From NCBI GenBank assembly GCA_028534125.1, contig CM052817.1, positions 9,488,001 through 9,552,000 on the forward strand: 64,000 nt of DNA. Reading direction: 5' to 3'. Positions 35,891 to 48,324 of the stretch are shown in pieces; the first letter of the stretch is position 1, and each line of letters begins with the position of its first letter. Source of the DNA: Lama glama. Its lineage: Eukaryota. A model generated the notes under the pieces. The model saw only the letters and a list, made by a program, of their open reading frames with translations, had not been told where the DNA came from and did not search any database. A program made the position numbers and the translations under genes.

Positions 35891-36534
35891 CCCAGACTCC
35901 CCTAGGCCAGTGCTCCTTCCAGTACACCAGCTGGGGTCCGAGGACACATGTAATTCTGAGGTCAATTTTCAGTTCCATCTCTACTCAGAAACAGTTCTAA
36001 CTAAAATGTACCACTCTCTAAAATTGTTGGATTTTGCAAAGGTGAATTCATTTTATCAAACATCTATGTTCCTGAAAGGCTAGACACAAGTGAAATATTG
36101 TTGATGTAAATAACATGAATTTGCTCTTTTTTTTTTCACTTCTTACACACCACTGTATGACTGAAGCGAAGGTCCTCGGCACCCAAACTATCTAGGAAGC
36201 TTATTAAAAATCCAGGCTGCTGGGCAAACCTAGATTTTTTTTAAATCATTAAAACTTGAGTATGGGTCCCTGATACCTATATGTAGAGCTCCCATTTTTC
36301 TCAGCAAAGACAAACTAGAGAATGAAGGATGAGGGATGAATGTGGAAGGAAGACTTATTTCCACTCAATATGCCTTTTTATTATGTGAATTTTTCAAATA
36401 CCACTTTGTGCTGCCTATTTAAAACTAAATAAACTTTAAAATTCCCCATGCACAGCCATAATAGGGAATTACAGACCTAGTGAGACACTGTTGGATCTCT
36501 TAAAACTAGAGGATTGTACAGAGTCAGCTTTAAG

Positions 36535-36765
36535 GGCAGCCTAGCTGGGTGGAGCTCCCGGTTGAGATAGTGGACTGTGGCTGCGTCCGACAGCCCAGGG
36601 TCTGAACCAGACTCTGCCCTAAATTGTGTTCACTCTTCTGAGCATCTTGTCCATTAAATCCGTATAATGGGACCCACCTACCAGACCTGAGAGGATGGAT
36701 GAAGACAATGAATACAAAACACTCAGCACAGAGCTTGGCACATAGCCAGCCCCCAGTAAATAATA
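36535..36765 (+). mobile_element. MIR SINE
   Basis: TCCGTATAATGGG...GAGAGGATGGATGAAGACAATG...ACTCAGCACAGAGCTTGGCACATAG. Confidence 0.7.
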
Positions 36766-37109
36766 GACATGCTTCCTCTTTCTTTGTTCCGGAGCCCCTG
36801 CGCTGGGATGGAGATTACTGATATGATTAGAACTGAATTATTTTGGAAAGCAAAACTCTTCTTTGTTTCGTGAAACCAAATCAGTTGACTTTAAGCAAAG
36901 AAAGTGTATGTGCCAGAAAGTTCTCCACATGCCCTGCTAAGTGCTAATGGCCAAGATTTCTCGCCCCAGTTTTCTAGCCATCAGCACTGATCTAGGAAAT
37001 TTGAGCCCCTTGGGTGTTTTCATTTAGAGAAATGTGTGTATTCGTAGTTTTCTTGGCCATCTTCCACACTATTTTGAAGATTTGGCTTACTCCTTTGTTT
37101 TTCTAAACT

Positions 37110-37550
37110 AATTTTTCCTTAGATATGTAAATAACTACATTACTAACTATTTGGAAAACAGAGAGAAGTGAAAAAACAGCCCAAAATTTCACCACCTTAA
37201 CACAATGGATGGCAGTATTTTGGTGTACTTCCTGCTAGGCTGTTAATATGTGAGTTATAATCATAAAAAGTATTATATTCACACAGAGTAAATTTCATCT
37301 TCTGATTTTTCTCTTACCTGTCTATTGCAAATATTTTCCTTGTTATGGCAAAGTCATTATAACCACACTTTCAACTAGCTGCATAATATTCCACAGAATG
37401 ACTCTTGCACAATATATTTAACAGTTCTCCTATTGTCTAGTATTTCAGTTTATTTCTATTTTTTGGTTGTTTTTAATGCTACAATGAACATCTTCATATG
37501 CAGATTTTTTTATTGAATTAGGAACTATTTTCCTAGGCGAAATTCACATA
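37110..37550 (-). mobile_element. Old LINE-1 (L1ME-like) fragment
   Basis: TAGCTGCATAATATTCCA...TATTTAACAGTTCTCCTATTG...AATGCTACAATGAACATC. Confidence 0.65.
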
Positions 37551-38079
37551 CATAGAGTCATCTGTTTTTCAAATATAAAATTACATTAGAAAAGAGTATT
37601 ACCCTAACTAGATAAACCGAAAAATTGCAACCACTTCACGTGAACGTGCTTTCTCCCTGGTTTTCAGAATTATGAGGGAGGTATCTTTTTGTAAAGGAGA
37701 GACAAGGCAGCCCGTGATCTACCAGAGACAAACGAAATTGCAAAAAGTTCAAAGGGCAACATTTCATTTGCCTGTTAGAGCTTCACCATCAATTTTGAAT
37801 TATGAGCTAGAGACAAAACAGAGTTTTCAGAAGCATCAGTGTTTGTCATCCAATTGCATCCCCTTAATACATGTGAACAGGAAGGGAAAGACACTGCCAT
37901 TGGCCCCATGGAGAGAGACTCTTTAAGGAAATGAACATGTATATGAACGAAAATCATCTTTCATGCCATTTAAACTATCTGGTGAGTTTCTATCAGCAAC
38001 TTGACAGCAACAGTTCACTCATCTTCCACTCTTCCAGGGGGATAGTAATTCATTTCAGCAGGAACTCATTTGTAGTCAT

Positions 38080-38260
38080 CACAGTTTGTGTTTATTGAGC
38101 ACATATATGCCAATGTCTTAATAAATTTTCTAAACATATACTAACTTTCGCCCAGCTTTATAGACGGCACACTGAAGCACAGAGAGACTGTAATTTCCTC
38201 AAAGTTGCACAGCCAGCAGGTGGCAGAGTTGGGCTTCAAACCACGGCTTGGAGCTTCAGA
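38080..38260 (-). mobile_element. MIR SINE
   Basis: TTTATAGACGGCACACTGAAGCACAGAGAG...CACAGCCAGCAGGTGGCAGAGTTGGGCTTCAAACC. Confidence 0.75.
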
Positions 38261-38349
38261 AAGCATTATGTTAAGAAGCCCAGCCCCTCAGAGACCCCAA
38301 CTTTCACTGTTGCCTGGGGCTCGAGCAGCATCTCCAGGCAGGTTTCCCC

Positions 38350-38840
38350 TGTGTTCATGTTCTATTACTGCTATAACAAATTACTACAAACTCAGTGACT
38401 TAAAACAACACGGTTAGTATCTACAGCTCTGGAGGTCGGAAGCCTAAAATGGATTCACAGGGCTGTGTTCCTTTCGGAGGCTCTAGAGGAGATGTTGTTT
38501 CCTTGCCTTTTCTATTTTCTCAAGGCTGCCTACAAAAATTTCTTGTCTCATGACCCCCTCCTCCAACCTCAGACCCGTGATATGGCAACTTTTCTCTCTG
38601 ATTCTGTTTCCCTCTGCCCCTGTCCTCACACCAACTTCTCTCTATAACTCTGGCCCGCCTGCTTCCCTCGTATAAGGACCCTTGCGATTACATCAGTGGC
38701 CAATGCAGTTAATCCAGGGTATTCCTCCCTCTCTCAAGACTCTGAACTTCATTGCCTCTGCAAAGCCCCTTTGCTATATTCACAGGTGCTGGGGCTTAGG
38801 AAGTGGACACCAGTGAGTGGCCATTATTCCACTTACCACC
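38350..38840 (-). mobile_element. MLT1C/D-like MaLR solo LTR
   Basis: CTGCTATAACAAATTACTACAAACTCAGTGACTTAAAACAACAC...CTCTGGAGGTCGGAAG...GGAGGCTCTAGAGGAGA...TATAAGGACCCTTGCGATTACAT. Confidence 0.85.
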
Positions 38841-38994
38841 AGTAAGGACAGCTAAGTGACAACTGGAAAAGTCACAAGTGTATTTGCAGAGTTATTTTTC
38901 AAGAGATGACACAGGGAAAAGCCCTTAGAGGTAGGATTCCAGCATCTCAACAGAACCAGTAAGAAGAGTTGGAGATAGCATAAGAAGACCACAT

Positions 38995-39220
38995 ATTTCA
39001 GTTTTTGAGCCCCGAATATGATCCACCTACTTCACTTACCTTAACAGCATTTCATTGTCACAACCACTGATGGGGAGTATCTTTGAGCCCAAAACAGAGA
39101 CGAGAAAATTGAGGCTCAGATTAGTTTTGAAACTCTCATGAGATCACACATCTAGGAAAACTGATGGGCACCAGGTCTGTGATAAGGACCCAGGTGACTC
39201 TGGAGTTGTCCAGAGCCCAA
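38995..39220 (-). mobile_element. MIR SINE
   Basis: AGACGAGAAAATTGAGGCTCAGA...GATCACAC. Confidence 0.7.
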
Positions 39221-40177
39221 AGCCCAGGAGTTGTCCACCCTGCCCAGACAACTGACACCAAAGTTGATCGAAATGAACAGCACCAGCAATGGGGATCCAG
39301 CACTGCACACAACCCCTCCATCGCCACCCCCTTCACAGTGTTTTGGCCCCCATTTCCTTATTTATTTGTCTGTCTATGTGTCTATTATCTGTCTCTCCAC
39401 AAAGGTAAGGATCTTGTCTGTTTCTGATTGCTGTCCCCCCGGCTCTGAGACAGGCCAGGAACATAGCAGACCCTAAACAAAATATTTCTGTAATAAATGA
39501 GTAACAGTCCTTTGACCCAGAGATAACCAATGTGAGCAAACTCAACCACTTACAACAAGGGTGGGACACCAAAAATTAACAAACACCCCCCAAAAGACTC
39601 TTCAACAGCCAAAATAAACAACTCTAAGTCCAAGTTTATGCTCTATCTCTTTGGAAAACTCCCGGAGACCTAATCCAGAGCCTGTGTTCTCTTTCTGAAC
39701 AGTGATTTTGAACCAGTTTGTTGAGCTCTTTATCACTTGGCTTCCTGCTAAAAAAGACATGCTTCAATTATAGTCAAAACTTCAGCGGAAGTTTATCCAC
39801 CTAAAACACAGGATCCAAGGAAGCGAGGTAATCAGGCATCAACGTTATAATATTCAAGGGACGCATCAGTAAAGCTATGGCCTCTGTAGATGGAGATAAG
39901 GATCCAGAGAGATTGGTTCATTACATTCCTGAAATTGATGAGTTGCAAAGCCCCACCCCCAGCATTTGTGTGTGCCCCACTTGGCCCCCTGCAGAATGCA
40001 GCACTTCGGTCTGCAGGCCCTACCCTCTTAGACACACATAACTAGACAGAACAACCCAGGCTCGAAAAGATGAGATTCTTTCATGCACATGGGACATTGT
40101 CTGATGGTCAAGTCATGTGCACTTAATTATTTTTAAATTTTGACTCTGTGCATAAGCTTAATGTTCACTGCTTTTTT

Positions 40178-41418
40178 TAACATTTTTTATTGATTTATAA
40201 TCATTTTACAATGTTGTGTCAAATTCCAGTGTAGAGCACAATTTTTCAATTATACATGAACATATATATATTCATTGTCACATTTTTTCCTCTGTGAGCT
40301 ACCATAAGATCTTGTATATATTTCCCTGTGCTATACAGTATAATTTTGTTTATCTATTCTACAATTTTGAACTCCCAGTCTATCCCTTCCCACCCCCCAC
40401 CCCCTTGGCAACCACAAGNNNNNNNNNNNNNNNNNNNNNNNNNNNNNNNNNNNNNNNNNNNNNNNNNNNNNNNNNNNNNNNNNNNNNNNNNNNNNNNNNN
40501 NNNNNNNNNNNNNNNNNNATTTTTCTTTCTCTTTCTGGCTTACTTCACTTAGAATGACATTCTCCAGAAGCATCCATGTTGCTGCAAATGGCGTTATGTT
40601 GTCGGTTTTTATGGCTGAGTAGTATTCCATTGTATAAATATACCACTTCTTTATCCAGTCATCTGTTGATGGACATTTAGGCTGTTTCCATGTCTTGGCT
40701 ATTGTAGACAGTGCTGCTATGAACATTGGGGTGCAGGTGTCATCCTGAAGTAGGATTCCTTCTGGATATATGCCCAGCAGTGGGATTCCTAGGTCATTTG
40801 GTAAGTCTATTCCTAGTCTTTTGAGGAATCTCCACCCTGCTTTCCACAGTGGCTGCACCAAACTGCATTCCCACCAGCAGTGAAGGAGGATTCCCTTTTC
40901 TCCACAGCCTCTCCAGCATTTGTCATTTGTGGATTTTTGAATGATGGCCATTCTGACTGGTGTGAGGTGATACCTCATTGTAGTTTTGATTTGCATTTCT
41001 CTGATAATTAGTGATATTGAACATTTTTTCATGTGCCTTTTGATCATTGATGACTGTAGCTCTATAGTATTGTCTGAAGTCTGGGAGAGTTATTCCTCCA
41101 ACCTCTTTCTTTCTCTTCAGTAATGCTTTAGCAATTCTAGGTCTTTGATGGTTCCATATAAATTTTATTATGATTTGTTCTAGTTCTGTGAAATATGTCC
41201 TGGGTAATTTGATAGGGATTGCATTAAATCTGTAGATTGCTTTGGGCAGTGTGACAATTTTAACAATATTGATTCTTCCAATCCAAGAGCATAGGATATC
41301 TTTACATTTTTTTAAAGTTTTCTTTAATTTCCTTCATCAATGGTTTTTAGTTTTCTGTGTTTAATTCTTTCACCTCCTTGGGTAGATTTATTCCTAGGTA
41401 TTTTATTACTTTAGGTGC
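40178..41418 (-). mobile_element. Young camelid LINE-1, 5'-truncated and internally deleted, with ~15-bp TSD
   Basis: ORF 40331-41047 encodes the L1 ORF2 C-terminus, including the Cys-rich [18 protein letters not shown] motif; GTTCACTG(C/G)TTTTTT lies at 40163-40177 and 41419-41433. Confidence 0.95.
40419..40518. other. Assembly gap (100 N)
   Basis: Run of N inside the young L1; a round 100 N usually denotes a gap of unknown size. Confidence 0.99.
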
Positions 41419-42054
41419 GTTCACTGGTTTTTTGATTCACACTTTGACCTCAAATATACCTCCCTCTTAGCAACTATCCACTTCTTATCTGTTTGTCTCT
41501 TTCTCCTAGGGTGCTCTTCATGGCAGATAAGTGGTCTAATCATCTTTGATTTTCTAGCCTTAGTGATCGGCCCTTGTCTGTTGGATAAATGAATGAGTCT
41601 TTGATTATAAAAATAATGTCTGATCATTATAAATTTCAGAAAATAGGGAAAGCTAGAGGGCAACAAACATAGTTCCATGATTATTCAAAAAAAAACAAAA
41701 AAGAAACATTGACCTATAATTCTCTTTGATTTTTTCTTTAAATGTAGAGAGTTTTTTCTTTCTTTTCATTTTCTCTTCACAAAATCCTATGCACGTATGT
41801 CTGTGTTGGGGCCTTTTTTACTAAACATTATAATTTAACCATTGCCCCATGCCATCTCATAGCTCTGAAGTTTGATAAATAATGTTCTAACATGGCTCCT
41901 GAGGGCATGAATTAATTTTATGCCATTAGGCACACTATTGCCTTCAACTCTGGTGTGGTCCAAAGAGGATTCCACCTGCAACCCAACTATCATAAATCAA
42001 GCTTCAGTTCCTCAACTCTGCTAGAAAATCCCATTGCTTTTCCTCCTTTACCTT

Positions 42055-42815
42055 TTATTTATTTTTTTTAACTGATGTGTAGTTGATTTACAATGTTGTG
42101 TTAATTTCAAGTGTACAGCAAAGTGACTCAGTTATACATATATACATGTATACATATGTATATTCTTTTTCAGATTCTTCTCCATTATAAATTATTACAA
42201 GATACTGAATATAGTTCCCTATGCTATACAGTGGAACCTTGTTGTTTATCTATTTTTTTATATGGTAATTTGCATCTGTTAATCCTAAACTCCTAATTTA
42301 TCCTTCCCCCCTCCCTTTCCCTTTGGTAACCATAGTTTGTTTTGTATATCTATGAGTCTGTTTCTGTCTTATAAATAGTTCATTTGTACCATTTTTTTGA
42401 TTCCACATATAAGTGATATTATATATTTGGCTTTCTCTGACTTATTTCACTTAGTATAATAATCTCTAGCTCCATCCAGGTTGCTGAAAATGGCAATATT
42501 TCACACTTTTCAGGCTGAGTAACATTCCATTTTATATATCCATGTGTGTTTGTGTGTGTGTGTATGTGAGTATCTCACATCTTCTTTATTCATTCATCTG
42601 TTGATGGGCACTTAGGTTGCTTCCATTTCTTGGGCATTGTAAATAGTGCTGCTGTGAACATTGGGGTGCATGTATCTTTTCAAATTAGAGTTTTCATCTT
42701 TTCCAGATATATGCCCAGGAGTGGATCATATGGTAACCCTATTTTAAGTTTTTAAGAAACCTCCATACTGTGCTCCGTAGTGGCTGCATTAATTTACATT
42801 CCCACCAACAGTGTT
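42055..42815 (-). mobile_element. Cetartiodactyl LINE-1 3' fragment
   Basis: GTAGTTGATTTACAATGTTGTGTTAATTTC...GATTCCACATATAAGTGATA...ATTTACATTCCCACCAACAGTGT. Confidence 0.93.
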
Positions 42816-43629
42816 TTAGAATCTATGACCTAAATGAAGATGCATCCATTTCTTCTCAATGTATGAAGCAGCAACAGCCATCTAAATCTATCCCTAAAAC
42901 CCTCCAGCAGGAGTTTTTTGGTAAAACACTGTGTCGGGTTCTAGTGCTATTTGATTTTTTTTTCCTGTTTAAACAAATGTTTTCACGAACTTACAAAATG
43001 TGTTAGTCATAACCACCATAAAGTTCCAACTGATGATTAAAAAACAAACCTAGGTTTGGGAGAAAATTCAAGATGCCTTCCATACTCCAAACCCGTTCCT
43101 AGTAAACAGAGAACAGGGGCCAATGCCTTGAAACCAAACACATTTTTATGAAACCAAACACCATAAAACATGACTGAGCATACCCTTACATCACTCAGGC
43201 CACTAAGATTAATAAACACGTTGAAAGCATTTGCTTCACACTTGCTCATCTGAACAAATACATCTTTTCACCAAACAAATCCATCTTTTCACAGAACAAA
43301 TCCAAAATCATGGACATTCCCAGATGTCTAAAATCCAAGACTCTTTGCTGTCAAATTCATCAATGAGAAAGTGTAGAAGAAGAGAATCTGGGGCTTTAAT
43401 CAAATGTTTAAATCTGGCACTAGAAAGAGAAGGTGATAAAATTATATATTAAAGGACCAAAAAAAAAGGAGAAGAAGAGGAAGAGAAAATACACTGAGTT
43501 AAATATCCATGAATAATCATTTATATTATCAATGTTTTATTTCTTTGAGAAAAATAGTGTTCTTTTCATCTCCATGGGATATTGTCCACTGGTTGGGCGG
43601 AGTGAGTTGGTTTTGTTTTTATGTAGTGT

Positions 43630-44310
43630 TTATTGACTTTTTAAAACCAAAAGGAATACGCTTATTGCCCCTCAAGGAGAACTTAGAACACAATAGAAAT
43701 GAAAGCCAAAAATACAAATCCCATCACCCTCTTCATGGCAATATACTCACATTAATATTTTGGCTTGAGGCGTCTCATCTTTTTGATACATATACTACTT
43801 TTTAAGGCAAAATGAATGTTCTAACACTTGAGACAACATTTGGTAGCCTACTTTTTTCCTTCAAGTAATATATTAAACCTTTGCCTTTGTCATTAAATGT
43901 TCTTACAGGACATAGATTTTAATGGCTGCAAAAGAGTCCTTTTGTTGATGTGCCATCGACTTAACCAATCCGTAACTGCAGCACAAATAATTTACATTTT
44001 TTAATTTATATGTTTAATTTAATAATTTTATAATTTATAAATTAATGACCAAAAAAAGATATGTCATGCTGTGATCATCACCACTGTACATATAGCTTTG
44101 CCTGTATCTTTTTTCTTTTTCTTCATATTAAATCCTAAAAGTGGTGAGACAAAGAGTTGCACAATTTCCAGACTCTTCATGTATACTTGTTGATATAGAA
44201 GTGGCACTTGTACCAATAAATGATTGTACCACCTAGTATTTGCACAGCCTCTGAGCATGCCTGCCCCCTAGTGGGTTTGGATTCTTTGCGTCTTTACCAA
44301 ACTACTAAAC
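43630..44310 (-). mobile_element. Old LINE-1 (L1ME-like) fragments
   Basis: TTTTAATGGCTGCA...TTAACCAATCC; AAATCCTAAAAGTGG...TTGTACCAAT. Confidence 0.5.
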
Positions 44311-44962
44311 CTTTGAAAAATTATCTTATGTTGCTACCATTCACTTACGAACATGAATAAGTGCTGACCCGGCACCGTCTGTGTGCCAGGGTCTGTTCTC
44401 GGGCAGGAGGCACTGCAGGGAACACAGGCAGATGGGGCACTGGGCAGCCAGGGTTGGAATCCCAGCCCTGTCTTGTTCCCCTGTGACCTCCTCACCTGAG
44501 CCTGTGTTTTCTCAGCTACAAAACAGCGGCAATGCAACCCATCTAAGAGGTGGTTCTGAAAGTTTGCCAGGTGACATGTGCACAGTGGTGGGGCCCCGGC
44601 GAGGTCCAGGGACCTCTCAGGAAGGGTTGGTGGCTGAGCTGCCCTGCTCTACAAGCCTGAGCTGCACCAGCTCTTTCCACTGGGGAGACTCCGCCCTCCA
44701 CTCTGATGTGTCCGGTCAATTCCTCTTCCATCTGAGGGCAGGGACACTGATTCTGGGAAGCTGATCTCTATGCTCTGTTACTTCTCACCTTGACGCTGCA
44801 TTCATTTCATAGTGAGAACTGTGGCCACAAACATCACATCTGAATCTCATGACTTTGAAGTCCCTCCTTTAACATGAAAGTCAGAGGCTTTGGTGGAAAG
44901 GGAATTAGGCTGAAATTTGGCCAACTCTGCCTCTTGCTTAGCTATTGCACACTTTGCACTCT

Positions 44963-45382
44963 GTTTTTTTTTTTAATTTAATTTAGTTTAATTTTTTTAT
45001 TGAAGTGTAGTTGACTTACAATCTTTGTTTCAGGTATACAGCAAAGTGATTCATATACACATATTTTTTTCTTTTCAGATTCTTTTCCATTATATGTCAC
45101 CACAAGAAATTGTGCTATACAGTAGGTCCTTGTTGTTCATCTATTTTATATATAGTAACATACGTCTGTTAATCCTCAAATATATAATTTATCCCTCCCT
45201 GTCCTTCCCCCTTTGGTAACCATAGTTTGTTTTCTATGTCTATGAGTCTGTTTGGGGTTTGTAAATAGAATTAACATCATCCATTTGCAGCAACATGGAT
45301 GGACCTAGAGATTATCAGATCAAGTGAAGTAAGTCAGACAGAGAAAGACAAATATCATATGATATCACTTATATGTGGAATC
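44963..45382 (-). mobile_element. LINE-1 3' end with 5' inversion (twin priming)
   Basis: A minus-strand 3' UTR at ~44963-45272 is followed by a plus-strand segment ~45278-45382 (CATTTGCAGCAACATGGATGGACCTAGAG...ATATGTGGAATC; MDLEIIRSSEVSQTEKDKYHMISLICGI). Confidence 0.85.
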
Positions 45383-45597
45383 CATTGCACTACATTTTGT
45401 CTTAGATACATTTCTGGATACGGAAGAATTTCAGCAACAACTCATGCATGTAACAGTAGTTTGTTTTTTTTTTTTCTGCTACAGATCTTTTACAAAGAAA
45501 TAAAAAATTACAGGTTTCACTGAAGCCCCATTTTTGATCCTTTTCTTGCTCCTCCATTAACTACTAGCCTGAAGCTAGTACATTTCATTCCCGTGTA

Positions 45598-45980
45598 TTA
45601 TTTTTTATTGAGATGAAATGTTCGTAACATGAAATTCACCATCTTAAATAGTTCAGTGGCACCTAGTCTACTCACAATGTTGTATAGTCACCACCTCTAT
45701 CAAGTGCCACAACATTTTCGTCACCCCAAAAGCAAACCCTGTGCCCATCAAGCAGTCACTCCCCGTTCCTCACTCCCAACTCCAACACCTGGCAACTACC
45801 AATCTGCTTTCTGTCTCTGTGGGTTTACCTATTCTGGCTATTTCATACAGACGGACTTGCACATTACGTGGTCCTTTGTGTCCAGCTTCTTTCAATCAGA
45901 AAAATGTTTTCAAGGCTCATCCAGGTTGTAACATGTATCAGTAATCCATTCTTTTGGATGGATATTCCACTGCATGTTGA
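45598..45980 (-). mobile_element. L1MB-like 3' end
   Basis: TTTTATTGAGATGAAAT...CCTGGCAACTACCAATCTGCTTTCTGTCTCTGTGGGTTTACCTATTCTGG...TTTTCAAGGCTCATCCA. Confidence 0.85.
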
Positions 45981-46159
45981 TACTGTCTAATTCAGTTTGG
46001 GTGAGTTCCATGCACAACCACTTGCTGTCTCCTGAACTGAACCAGAACATCTAATGAGGTGACAATCCAAGCAAGGACCCTGCTCCGCTAATGGGCAGGC
46101 CTGGGGGAGATGCAGGCAGGAAGCACAGCTGGGTGACCCGCACCTGGTCTTTGTCACCA

Positions 46160-46365
46160 GCAGACCTCGATTCCAGCCACAGCTCTAGCATTTCATAGTT
46201 ACATGGATGTGAAAAAGGCAAATGGCCCTTTATGCCTTTGTTTCCTCGTTTATAAAATGGGGATGAAATAGTGACCACCTCATACAGGATTGCTGAGCAT
46301 TGGACACAAGACAATGTGCATAAAACTTTGCTCAGTGAATGGCACACAGTAAATGACCCAACAAC
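46160..46365 (+). mobile_element. MIR SINE
   Basis: GTTTCCTCGTTTATAAAATGGGGATGAAATAGTGACCACCTCATACAGGATTGCTG. Confidence 0.85.
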
Positions 46366-46639
46366 AAATTTGCAAAACATGTATCAAGCCCCTACCACGT
46401 GGCAGGCACTGTTCTGGAGGTGGGAGTACAGTGACCAGCACAGGGATCAATCACAGACAGCTCACAGTCCAGGGAGGACGTGGAGGAGATACAGCAGAGA
46501 TCATCACCCCTGTGACAAGGGGGTGAGAGGAGGGTGAGGTCCCCTGGCAGCAGAGAGAAGATGCTGGAGCTAGCTGTGTTGACTAGTGCAGAAGGGGCTT
46601 CCCACAGGACCCTGTGTCTGATCCCTCAGCAGTCAAACA

Positions 46640-47200
46640 AAAACATATTTAAAATCTCTCCCTGTCTCTCTTTCTCTCCTGCCACTGCAGTGAGCATCTC
46701 TTGCCCACTTGGCTTTATCAACCTCCCGATGGGTCAGCAATCACTGCTGCCTGGCCCTCTCCAACCCATCCCCCACACAGCAGCCAGGGCATCATTTTAA
46801 GCATAACAGAGATCATGGTTTCCCCTGCTGGATGGCTCCCATTGTTCTGAAGAGAAAAGCCAAACTTTTCAAGCTCTGAAGTGATGTGATCTTGCCAAGT
46901 TCTCTGACCTCCTCTCTTATAAGCCACCCTGTCCTCTAGGCTCCAACCCACTGTCCTTTCATTTTCCAAGGTTCCCAATGCCCTCTCCTGCCACAGGACC
47001 TTTACACATGCTGTTCTCCATTTTTGGAAGGCTCTTCTCCTGCCTTTTCCTAGCTGAGTCACCCTCAGGAATCCCCTTAAAAGTCCCTTCCTTGGAAGGG
47101 CATTCCTTGACCCCTCCATCTGAAGTAGGTTTCCCCTTTTAAATCTCTATCACCAACCCGTCATTATTTTTTCTGTATTGCAGTTGCTGTCTTTAGTGTA
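46640..47200 (+). mobile_element. LINE-2 fragment
   Basis: CCCCACACAGCAGCCAG...CTCTCCTGCCACAGGACCTTTACACATGCTGTT. Confidence 0.75.
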
Positions 47201-48324
47201 TGAGGTTACTGAAAAGGGGCAGTAAAATACAGTGGTTAAGAGTCTAAGATTGTGTGGCCTCAGACAAGAGAATTACCTCTTGTGCTTGAGTTTCTCCGTG
47301 TATAAAATAATGGTGATAGTCACTAGCTTCTAAGGCTGTAAGAAGAAGGAGCAACTGGATGTGTGATACTCTGAGCCCAATGTCTCAGAGAGGGTCCCGC
47401 TTGCTCTCCAGCTCCCTGACTCTGCAGCCCAGACCTGACAGTCTGCTCAGCGGTGGTGGCCAATGCCTGGGCACGTAGCCGAATAGTAATGAAGATGTTT
47501 TCAACGAGTGTGGGGTTGAAGCAGACAGAGAAACAGACAGAACAGTCTTGTGGGTTGAAAGAGAGGAACAACATGCAAAGTCATAGAGCAACAAGAGAGT
47601 CAAGTGACGGACCAGGGAGGGTCAGACTGAAAGCCACGACCAAGACAAAAGTCACCGGTAGGTCCGAGTCAGGGTAGTACTTTGAGGGGAAGGCCAGGAG
47701 GACCGGACACATTAGGGGCAGAAGAGCTAGAAATGGGTTCTACCTCCCTGGTCACATGACTCCTCCCGGCTCGTGTGGCTCTGTGAGCAAGGATCCCTAG
47801 AAGGCTTTCTAAGAGTGTCCCGCACTTCAAAGACCCCAGAGAAGAGGGGCCTTGGGGGCTGAGGGCCTCTGGTGCCTTGGAGCTCCATCCATAACATGGG
47901 ACAACAGTTCTGTCCCAACACAGAGCTGCCCCTGGTGTCCTGCCAGAGCTGTCTACCCAGGGGCACAATGAGACGGCGTCAATCTGAGCAGTAAGTCTCA
48001 TCACCTATATCCCATCTGCCAAGGTAGGCTGAGCACACGCTACGTGCCCAGCGTGGTACTAGTTCTGTGAAATCACAAATGAGCAGGGCTTAGCCCCTGG
48101 CTGAGGTTGTGTGGAGAATTTAGGGCCACCCAACCCAGAGAGGATGCCATCATCAACACCGCTGTCCTCTCCACCAAACACACCTCTGTGATCGAGCATC
48201 AGCGGAGATCAGCTTCACTGACCCGTAAACTGACTTCCAAGTTGGAGACTCTTGGCTCCGTCTGTGTTCCAGGGACTGGCAGTGCCTGACTGTTAAGGGG
48301 CTTACATTCCCCCGCATTTGTTTT

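Noticed and set aside
40331..41047. 238-aa ORF as a host gene
   Set aside because: It is the LINE-1 ORF2 C-terminus and is artificially extended through the N gap
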